A stretch of DNA of 64,000 bases. Origin: the human T2T-CHM13v2.0 reference genome, Homo sapiens. Below the pieces are notes generated by a model that saw only the letters and a program-made list of their open reading frames with translations, was not told the origin of the DNA and ran no database searches. A program made the translations under genes and the position numbers. Of the stretch, positions 52,557 to 64,000 are shown piece by piece; position 1 is the stretch's first letter; each line of letters opens with the position of its first letter. The stretch lies in NCBI RefSeq assembly GCF_009914755.1, contig NC_060942.1; one strand, 5' to 3'.

Positions 52557-53714
52557 GATAGGTCACTGGTCTCAAAGTCCTGGCTTCAAGAAATCATCCC
52601 TTCTTATCCTCCCATATTTCTGGGATCACAGGCATGAGCCACCATAAGCTACTTAAAAAAAAAAAAAGCCTGGCAGTGTAGGCAGGAAAGTTAAGGGATT
52701 CCTTGGGGCAGGGTTGGCAGGTAAGTAGAGGGATTCCCTGAGGTTTATGTTTCCTCCAGGGCTGTTGCTTGCCAGGCGTTTGATGTGCCTGCCCTGAGGG
52801 CAGCCTGAGGCCTGACACCACCACCCAAAGCCTGGACTCTGGGACCGTGGCTCTCAGTGCATGAACTCAGGGAAACCCTCCCTTCAGAGAAAGGTGGGTA
52901 GAGGTGGGTGCCTCTCCCACCTTACCTGTGGGTAGGAAGGGGGCTGCATCTCTCAAGCCAGAAACCTGAAGCAGGCACCGAGTGCTCCCTGTCTGAGCCT
53001 GGGTGGAAGGGCAGAGATATGTTCCTGAGAATTCCCAGCAATCTGGGGGGGATTCGCACTTCCTTGCAGCAGGAGCTCTGGGTTACTTTGCTGGTTGAAG
53101 AGGAAAGTAAGTGCCAGGCCCTCGGCTTCGTGAAAGGGGTGGGTGGGCAGGTCAAGGTGGGCTGTGGAACTCCTCTGTGTACACATTGAATTTAGAACTT
53201 TAGCTTTGACCCATGCAGAAGTGAATGTGCACGCTCTGAGAACTCATGAGAAAATCACCAGAGAAAACAAGCCTTGAGCAGAGTCCCAAGAAACCACAAA
53301 CAAAACATCGAGTGCGCAGTGGCTGCCGGTCCTGAGATGATCAGACCCAGAATAGGAATGCATCTGTGTTTAAAGGAGTGCAAAGCAGTGAGGAGGAGAA
53401 AGCATCAGAACTATTGAAGAGTCCAGAACAGAAGCCAGGGAAATTCCCAGAAATGAAAATCAGGACAACTAACATTAGAAACAGGATGAATTGGCTAAAA
53501 AGGTTAGACATAGCTAAAGAGCTGCAGTGATAAAAGGGCTGGACTGAATGAGCCCGCTTATGTGAAGTTCAAACACAGGCAAAGCCAAACGTGACCTAGA
53601 GACACAGACGTGCAGTAGAACCATGAGGAAGGGCAAGGGATGGTTAACACGAGAGTCTCGTGAGATTGTGATGATCTCCTGGGGGAACAGCATGCAGAGG
53701 GAAGGCCCTGGTGA

Positions 53715-53884
53715 CACCTGAGGCCAATGGGGCATTCTGGACTTGAAGGTTGTTGAGCAGCGGCCCTGGCCTCCACCCACCAGATGCCAGTGGTGGCCCC
53801 TCCCTGTGATGACAACCCAGGCTGTCTGCAGACCTGGCAAGCTCCCCTGGGGGGAGAAAAATTGCCCCCAGGTGACAGCCATTG
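53715..53884. mobile_element. MER20-like hAT DNA transposon fragment
   Basis: 'ccctggcctccacccaccagatgccagt...gtgatgacaacc...aaaattgccccca'. Confidence 0.7.
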
Positions 53885-54155
53885 AATTAGAGGTTAAGAG
53901 TGTTTCAATTGCTTATGCTGTCTTTCTTAGGGTGGGCAGTGCCTATGTAGGTATTCATTCTGTATTATTTAAAATGTCTACATGTGCACCCTTTATTTTA
54001 GGATATGTTTTTCAGGAATAAAATAATAATATACATTCTCTGGCCTAGTAACAGAGAATCCTACTGGATAAATGAATATGGAAAATAGTTTTCCTGGGAG
54101 CTTATAGCAGGGCTTCTCAGTGTTATTTGCTATTTAACTCCATATTGAAAAATGT

Positions 54156-55075
<920 letters not shown>

Positions 55076-55127
55076 TTAGAAATTTTATTTACTTATAAAA
55101 GTTGAAAGAGGCCTGGAATTGAAGCGG

Positions 55128-56288
55128 TGTCATTTGTCTGGGGTAATACCTGAGGTTTGTTGCCTCATGTCAAGGAAATTGAGGACGTAGACCCACAATG
55201 AGTGAGTTTTAGAGTGGGAGTTTAATAGGCAAAAGAGAAAAGTTCCCTTGTGCAGAGTGAGGGGGGTTCTGAGAGGATTTCCCCCTTTGCAACCAGATGG
55301 TTTTATCGATGAGCTTGAGAAGGTGGTGTCTGATTTACATAGGGCACAGAGGATTGGTTGGACCAGGTGTGCCATTTACATAGCACTGGAAGAAGCGGCC
55401 AACTCATCCTTTTATTATGCAAATCTTTTTATGCAAATGGAGTCTCTACGCGCCAGGCACCACGTTGCCTGCTTTTTTACTGCACATGTGATGACAAAGA
55501 AAATGGAAGGGGAACCTCCATGTTGAACATACTTGGCTTCCAGGTATCCCTTTTCTATTGGCACAGCTGCCGGCATTCACCTATGCAGGCTTCCAGCTGG
55601 CTTATCTGTGTCTGCAGCTCAATTTTACAAGCTGCTCTTTGTTAGAAAAGAAATAATTTGGGGGCTGCTTTTTGTTAAAAGGAAAGCCTTACTGAGGACT
55701 CTCTTACCCTTGCAGCAGGACGAGCCGCAGACAAAACCTCTCAGACACCGAGTTGTAGAAGGAAGGGCTTTATTCAGCTGGGAGCATCGGCAAGCTACTG
55801 TCTCAAAATGCGAGGTCCCTGAATGCACAATTTCTGTCCTTTTTAAGGGCTCACAACACTAAAGATTTCATATGAAAGGATTGTGATTGACTGAGCAATC
55901 TAGGGGATACGTAACAGGGGTGTCGTGCAGAGAGAGTCGGAGAGAAACAGAACAGAGCAGGGAGTTTCACAATGTTCTTCCATACAATGCCTGAAATCTA
56001 TGGGTAACATCGGGTTCTAAGTCAAGAGTTGATTTTTAACTACTAGGTTTAGGCCAGGCAGGCCCAGGCCTGGTTTTGGGCCTGGCGCCGGGCTGCCTGT
56101 CTTTGATTTCACTTCCTTGGTTTTTTTTTTTAATCAGGTACTGAGTATAAAACAATATGAAACAATATGAGAGGGTCTCTCTCTTCCCTCACCCTCACTA
56201 ATGGCCTAAATAAACAATATGAGAGGGCCTCTCTCTTCCCTCACCCTCACTAACTGCCTAAATGATTTCTTTCTAGTTCCTGTATCAT
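55128..56288 (-). mobile_element. ERV1 LTR (MER61/LTR9-like) containing a nested LTR
   Basis: 'ggggtaatacctgaggtttgttgcctca...gtttaataggcaaaaga', resuming after 56195 to 'cctgtatca'. Confidence 0.6.
55711..56191 (-). mobile_element. ERV1 solo LTR (LTR15-like)
   Basis: TG...CA termini (TGAGGGAAGAGAGAGACCCTCTC on -), with 4-bp TSD CCCT at 55707-55710 and 56192-56195. Confidence 0.8.
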
Positions 56289-57294
56289 GATCAGATGCCG
56301 TCTTCAGATACTAGGGAAGTTTGATTACTTCTAAATTCCCCAGATAAGGAGTTTTGCCTCCAGATGGCCTGTTTGATGGTCACCAGGTGGTCTTGGCTCC
56401 CTTCTGAATTGCCCAGGTAAGAAGATTTGTCTCTGGGGCCTGTCCAATGGTCACCAGGTGATTTTTGCCCTCCTCACAGCCTAGGCAACATAGTAAGACC
56501 CCCATCTCTACAAAAAATGCAAAATCAGCCAGGCGTGGCAGCGCACGCCTGTGGTCCCAGCTACTCAGAGGGGCTGAGACAGGAGGATCGCTTGAACCCA
56601 GGAGGTCTGGGTTGTAATGAGCCGTGACTGCACCTCTGCACTCCAGCCTGGGAGATGGAGTCTAAAAAAAAAATGTTTTTCCGGGTGTTATGAGTGTGCT
56701 CTCCAGCTTCAGTGTGACTTTGTTTGTTGGAGACTTGGGTAAGTATCCAAATTGTTTTTCAGATGTAAATGTTAGTAGCTCTCATTCATGGGAAGTTATG
56801 GTCTGCTCTTTAAGTTCTATGGGGCTATCTTCACATCTGTGGCACAAGGCTGGTCAGTTTTACATCTGAGAAAAGTGAGTCTGGGGAAGTGCCCCTGCCA
56901 TCCATCCCACAGCAGGCAAGCAGCCTCCTCCGCATTCTCCTCTTCCTCTTCTCATGCCTGGTCCTCTCCTTTTGTCATCTTTTCTTCCCTCACCCCATCT
57001 TTATTGTATCTCTTTTTGTCTGTCTCTAAACAATATTTTAATTGGTTGCATTGTTTTTATGTTCCCTGTTTTTAATATTCATGACATTCCCTTCCTCTCC
57101 CCCTTCCTGTCTTCTCCACATTAAGTTCACCCTCTTTGTACTTTTACCTGAGTGCTTCCCCCCGTTCTCCTCCACCCCACCCCACTTCAGGCAATTCTGA
57201 GTGGTACAGAGGTGTCACATCCATCTCCTGGGACTGTATGAGTCTGTCTCACTTTCCTTTGAAAGAAGCAGTTGGAAATTCATTCTACTTCATT

Positions 57295-57603
<309 letters not shown>

Positions 57604-58016
57604 TTATTTTTCTTTCTAGGTCTCAATTTTCCAGGGGCTTTAAAGGAAGACAATCCTGTATTTAGAGCCTTAAGTCTGTTGAAGGCAATTTCAACGAAAG
57701 TAATACTTTTTTTTTGTAAATTAAGCCATCATCTTACAAGAAGAAAATGCCTTTCACTGTTTAGCAGCTCGAATGGAATGGCAGGAGGAAAGTGCGGACA
57801 GCAGTCAGGAAACATCAGTGCCTCAGTTATTGCTCTGTTGGGCAAAAGCAAAGCTGTAAACATTTTGACTTTTCCATATTTCACGGGGCGCTTATCCTCC
57901 GACTTCACACGATTCAGGTGGTTAATGACACACCTGCTTAGCTGTGCACTCCTGTTGTTGGGAGGCCCCTGCCTGTGGATCCTCTCAAGTTTGTCAGGAT
58001 GGGACACCAACAGGGC

Positions 58017-58600
58017 TGTTACCAGTGGCAAGTTTATACGGGTCTGCAGCAACTTTATTCTTGCCTCCTTGGAGGAAAGAATTTGGCTGAGAGGAAGAAA
58101 TAGTTTTAAGGCAGAGATAGAGACCAAGGCCAGATTTAGAGCAAGAGTGAGAGTTTATTACAAAGTTTTAGAGCAAGAATGAAAGGAAGTGAAGTGCACT
58201 TGCAAGAGGGCCAGGTCGGCAACTTGAGAGATGAGTGTCCCACCTGACCCTCGATTTGGGATTTTTGGGGTTTTGTGTTTCTTCTCCCTTGATTCTTCCC
58301 TTGGAGCTGGCTGTCCACTTGCATGGTGTCCCGCCAGAGCTTGGGAGGGGCTGCGTGCGCAGTGTTTACTGAAATTGTACGCAGGCTCACTTGAGGCATT
58401 TTTCCCTTATCAGTTGAGTGTTCCTAGAGGAAGGTCATATACCAGTTAAACTTCACCATTTTGCCTCTTGGTGCCATGTGTGAGCCCACTCACCCAACTC
58501 CTGAGGTCTTATCAGCAAGCTGCTCATCACCAGCTTCAGGTATTTTCTGTCTGTTTGGGAGATGGCCTTTCCCTGGCTCCTGCTGTAACCAGTTATTACG
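58017..58600 (-). mobile_element. ERV1 LTR fragment (MER50-like)
   Basis: 'tgttaccagtggc...gggtctgcagcaac...attcttgcctcc...gtttatta'. Confidence 0.6.
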
Positions 58601-58613
58601 CAATGCACCAAGA

Positions 58614-59430
58614 TGTAACAGTTTTTGTTCTTTGAGATAATAACTGGACTCTTGTTTTACCTTCAAGAAGATTAAGGAGTACAGACACAAAGGTGAAGTT
58701 GGGGCGAAGGTTTAATAAGCGAAAGAAGAAAGCTCTCTGCCAGCAGAGAGGGGGTCCTGAATGGGGTGGCCACTATGAGTCCCGTTCTGGGTTCTCTATG
58801 AACTGGAAAGAGGAAGAAAGGTGCTTAGTCTGCAGGCTGTCTTCGAGAACACGTGACTCAGCTTGTCCCGGGACCTTGGCCCAGGACCTACTGGAAAGCT
58901 TGGCCCAGCACCAGTTAGAAGATGAAGCGATGATTCACAGAGGCTGCTTAGCCTGGCCCAGGACCTATTAGGAGCTGAAGTGACAGCTTGGCCTGGGACC
59001 AACCAGAGGCTGAAGTGATGATTCACAGAGGGCAGACGTACAGTCCAAACAAAGGAAAGGAGAGTGTCCACGGGAACCCACTGAAGCCCACTGTGCCCAT
59101 GCCCAAAAATGAGAAGAAACATCTTCCTGGGAGCCCACTGTCTATACAAAGGACGAAGGCATTTTTATGCCCAGCCTTGTTCCCTTATTTGAGTGAGTTG
59201 GAGGTTTGTGCAAGATTTTATCCAAGTGGAGGTTTTTCCATCTGTGTAGCCACGGGCATGTCTCCAGGCACAACGCCACGTGCTAGTTCCCTTACTGGTT
59301 CCTGCAGCCTGATTTCCCCCCACCCCAGGCTGCTTTCTATTTTATGTGGGGATAAGGCTCTGACCTTGGGCCGGGGGCTCTCCAGGGACTCTTCCCTTGC
59401 TGTCTACCTAAGGCAAGCTAACTCCTTTCA
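58614..59430 (-). mobile_element. ERV1 3' LTR of the env-bearing element
   Basis: On - it begins TGAAAGGAGTTAGC right after the PPT-like GGGGGGAC and ends in TTACA. ATTAAA at ~58712-58717. Confidence 0.7.
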
Positions 59431-60038
59431 GTCCCCCCGTGGAGTAGAGACCCAACTGCTGTTGGGGAGGTTGGGCATTGCTTTTTTTTTTTCTTTGGCT
59501 ACTTCCTGCTGGAAAGGGGCATTGTGTGGGGGAAGAGCAGCTAGGGTTCCTCCTGGGGTTGGTTTAAGGGTCCGCGGAAGAAAGGCACATCCATGTGTGG
59601 TTTTATTTGCATTACCATTTGGTGCTTGTTAGCCCCTCGGGAAAGGAAACAATTTGGGTTATATCATTGAGTATGCAAAGGCCAAACACTAATATAAAAC
59701 ATATAAGGAAAAGAGGTTTTCGTAGGGGAGCTAACCAGGCCCAAAACCAAGACTCGAATTTATTAAAAAGGGATTGTAGCCAACTGGGACGGGAGTTTGC
59801 ATTTTCCCTTAATTTGTTAGTGATTTCAATTTGGTTTTTAAGGACTTGTAAATTTTTCTCTACCTGACTGGAAGTGTTGATCCAGAAACAGCATGTTTTA
59901 TTTAAGAGTGCACAGGCGCCCACTACTTCAGCTATAAGGACATTGAGAGTTTATTTTGCATTACCACTGAGGCTACAGAATTTTGGATTGTTGTGCCTTT
60001 ATGGCTGCTACAGTTGCCTTCCACCCTTGCTGCAATAT

Positions 60039-60672
60039 TGTGGGAAAGAGAGTTTCTGGGGCGCCAGATGAGTTGGTCTCCCCTGTGTGAGACACCCATG
60101 GGGAGCCATGAGCAGCCTCTGAGGAGAAAAGTCTCCTTATTGCCTTCATGTCTTTATGCCCCGAGAGCACAACCGCTCGGCGGCATTCCACAGGTGGCTC
60201 ACGGAGATAACACTTCCTTGAAGCAATGGAGTATAATCAAACATCTTGGCTCCTCCTGAAACCCACTCCCACCTTTTCCGTCCCTATAAGTTAAAGATCT
60301 TTTTTTTTTAAGAACTATATATATATATTTTATGTGAAGTTTACTCTCTATAAAGTTTGGATGAAGACATTTTTTAAAGATCTTAAGTAGTTTAGACACA
60401 CGCCTTTGCTCGAGGAAATTCACAGAAACCGAGACTGCTAAACATCTTATTGAGTGACTAACGAGTTCTCCTTCACTGATTAATCCTTTTCCTCATCCCT
60501 TCCTCCCCCTCCCATCTGCCCTAAGAACAAAGAGCTTGTAAACCAATAAATTAGGTGGAGCTAAAGAGCTCTGGACGTGCCTTTTAAACTCTTACTCTGT
60601 CTCTTTCTAACTCCTTTGTTTCTGCTGGACTCGGGGTACCCACCGGGTAGTGTGGGGCTGGTTTCCCCAATA
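60039..60672 (+). mobile_element. HERV-K-class solo LTR (LTR14/HML-1-like) inserted in env
   Basis: Starts TGTGGGAAAGAGAGTTTCTGGG, AATAAA at 60545, ends GTGTGGGGCTGGTTTCCCCAA. No clean TSD seen. Confidence 0.7.
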
Positions 60673-61371
60673 ATTCTGATAGAAATATTAAGCACTGATT
60701 TTCTTAAGAAGGGGACACCGCCAAACCAAGATAGGCCTTTGGCTACTGCATGTCCTATTCCTGGTTTTTCTAATATAGGATTCTTGTGTGCATGTCCTTT
60801 TAAGTTTTTTCTGTTAAATCTCCATATGATGACATAGAGATAAGTGACCTTCCGTTTTGGTATGTGTGAGAGAATGCACTTTCCAGAAAAGAGGCTAAAT
60901 TAGGGATGTTACCTGACAATGCTACCGTGTTAGAAGGGTTTAAAAATAACACACTGGGGACCACTGCCACTATAGTGCCTGCTCCTCTCCAGTGCCTGGG
61001 GAGAATTAAGTGTACCCAGGAGCCATAGAGAAAGTAAAGCCCTGTTCCCTGAAGGGATGGTTTTATGTTGTGGTTCATGAGAGTTTCAGCTAGATTTAGT
61101 CCAGGCCTTATAAGGTTGCCTTCCCTATATCTAATGGCAATATCTTTAGGATAAGGATATCCATACTTAGTCTAGTTATCCACAGTACCATTTGGAACTA
61201 TACATGCTGCGTAGGAAGAATCTTTTTGGCAAATAGAGTTTTGAAAAATTAGAGACACAGAATGTCCTGGCCAATATCTTAGACAACCCTCTTTACAGGG
61301 TCTGTTGGTTTAGACATCCCATTAGTCCACAAATTTGCAGATTACTTCCATTAAATTTTTTTTTTTTTTTT

Positions 61372-61590
61372 GGGACCGGGGTCCAGTGCGGAGTGCCCTT
61401 CCTCCTGGGAAACGGGGTGAGGCCGGAAAGGCGGCCGGCCGCCCCCTCGCCCGTCACGCAACGCACGTTCCTGGGGAACCTGGTGCTAAAGCATTCGTCG
61501 ACGACCTGCTTCTGGGTCGGGGTTTCGTACATAGCAGAGCAGCTCCCTCGCTGCGATCTGTTGAAAGTCAGCCCTCGACACAAGGGTTTG
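61372..61590 (+). pseudogene. Retroposed 3'-terminal ~220 nt of 28S rRNA with an A-rich tail (61591-61647)
   Basis: Matches the 28S 3' end (GACGACCTGCTTCTGGGTCGGGGTTTCGTAC...GAAAGTCAGCCCTCGACACAAGGGTTTG). AAA+T16 is present on both sides. Confidence 0.93.
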
Positions 61591-61647
61591 AAGAAAGAAA
61601 AAATAAGAGAGAGAGAACAAAAAAAATTAAAAAAGGAAAAAAAAAAA

Positions 61648-62268
<621 letters not shown>

Positions 62269-62330
62269 TACTTCTGTTAAATATTACACAAGGGTCCGAG
62301 ATTTCATGTGTGGGCATCTTTGGGAAGGAC

Positions 62331-63870
62331 TGTATTAGTTCATTTTCATGCTGCTGATAAAGACGTACCTGAAACTAGGAACAACAACAACAAAAAGGCT
62401 TAATTAGACTTATATTTCCACATAGCTGGGCAGATCTCAGAAACAGGGAGGGAGGTGAAGGCACTTCTTACATGGTGGCAGCAAGACAAAATGAGGAAGA
62501 AACAAAAGCAGAAGGCCCTGATAAACCCATCAGCTCTCAAGAGACTTATTCACTATCCTGAGACTAGCAGAGGAAAGACCAGCCCCCATGATTCAATTAC
62601 CTCCCCCTGGGTCCCTCCCACAACATGTAGGAATTCTGGGAGATACAATTCATGTTGAGATTTCGGTGGGGACACAGTCAAGCCATATCATTCTTCCCCG
62701 GCCCCTCCAAATCTCATATCCTCACATTTCAAAACCAATCATGCCTTCCCAACAGTCCCCCAAAGTCTTAACTCATTTCAGAATTACCCCAAAAGTCCAT
62801 AGTCCAAAGTCTCATCAGAAACACAGCAAGTCCCTTCTACCTATGAGCCTGTAAAATCAAAACAAGCTAGTTACTTCCTATATACAATAAAGGTACAGGT
62901 ATTGGGTAAATACAGCCATTCCAAATGGGAGAAACTGGCCAAAACAAAGGGGTTACAGGACCCATGCAAGTCTGAAATCCAGCAGGGCAGTCAAATATTA
63001 AGGCTCCAAAATGATCTCCTTTGACTTCGGGTCTCGCATCCAGGTCACACTGATGCAAGAGGTGGGTTCCCATGGTCTTGGGCAGCTCCACCCCTGTGGC
63101 TTTGCAGGGTACAGCCTCCCTCCAGGCTGCTTTCATGGGCTGGCGTTGAGTGTCTGCTACACGCCATGTTTAGTTTTCCAGGTAGACGGTGCAAACTGTC
63201 AGTGGATCTACCATTCTGGGGTCTGGAGGATTCTGGCCCTCTTCTCACAGTTCCACTAGGCAGTTTCCCAGTAGGGACTCTGTGTGGGGGCTCCAACCCC
63301 AAATTTCCCTTCTGCACCACCCTAGCAGAGGTTCTCCATGAGCGCCCAGCCCCTGCAGCAAACTTTTGTCTGGGCATCCAGGCATTTCCATACATCTTCT
63401 GAAATCTAGGCAGAGGTTCCCAAACTTCAGTTCTTGACTTCTGTGCGGTCACAGGCTCAACACCACATGGAAACTGCCAAGGTTTGTGGCTTCCAGCCTC
63501 TGAAGTCACAGCCCAAGCTGTATGTTGGCCCCTTTCTGCCACAGCTGGAGTGGCTGGGACACAGGGCACCAAGTCCCTAGGCCGCACACAGCAAGGGGAC
63601 CCTGGGCCCAGCCCACAAAAACATTTTTTCCTCCTTGGCTTCTGGGTCTGTGATGGCAGGGGCCACCATGAAGACCTATGACGTGCCCTGGAGACATCTT
63701 CCCCATTGTCTTGGGGACTAACATTTGGCTCCTTGTTACTTATGCAGATTTCTGCAGCCAGCTTGAATTTCTCCTCAAAAAAAAAAATGGACTTTTCTTT
63801 TCTACTTCATTGATCAGGCTGCAAATTTTCTGAACTTTTATGCTCTGTTTCCCTTTTAAAACAAAATGCT
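62331..63870 (-). mobile_element. THE1 LTR (~62331-62690) plus THE1 internal region
   Basis: 'tgtattagttcattttcatgctgctgataaagac'. The internal part is the reverse complement of text in the 48.6-50.5 kb element. Confidence 0.9.
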
Positions 63871-63879
63871 TTTTTAAAA

Positions 63880-63880
63880 A

Positions 63881-63916
<36 letters not shown>

Positions 63917-64000
63917 CTTTAAGTTTTAGGGTACATGTGCACAATGTGCAGGTCAGTTACATATGTATACATGTGCCATGCTGGTGTGCTGCACCCATTA
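63880..64000 (-). mobile_element. 3' end of a primate L1PA element with a (TTA)n tail; continues beyond the window
   Basis: 'ttattatactttaagttttagggtacatgtgcacaatgtgcagg'. Confidence 0.93.

Noticed and set aside
61372-61590. Functional rRNA gene
   Set aside because: It is only the last ~220 nt of 28S, with an A tail and TSD and no rDNA context.

Overview
This is human/hominid genomic DNA, recognised from its encoded proteins as the distal chr18q23 HSBP1L1-TXNL4A locus. HSBP1L1 lies on the + strand with 4 coding exons (13260-18973, 74 aa). Its intron 2 is a rare AT-AC U12-type intron and its last exon comes from a MaLR LTR. TXNL4A/DIM1 (U5 snRNP) lies on the - strand with 3 coding exons (36913-22207, 142 aa), tail-to-tail with HSBP1L1. 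Its promoter has the intact duplicated 22-bp element associated with Burn-McKeown syndrome deletions, and I predict two 70-nt poison or alternative exons in its introns. The window opens with a ~1.3-kb G-rich 22-bp VNTR. The rest is dense in repeats: about 40 Alus, L1 and MaLR/THE1 pieces, a truncated HERV-K LTR5, and a decayed class I provirus (MER4-type LTR, tRNA-Arg PBS, gag-pro-pol with a tandemly amplified leucine-zipper unit). A separate minus-strand env plus LTR carries a triple-nested AluS > AluY > 28S-rRNA retrocopy insertion. Almost all ORF-track entries are repeat or CpG-island artefacts. Repeat subfamily names are from memory of consensus sequences, repeat boundaries are approximate, and no database search was run.
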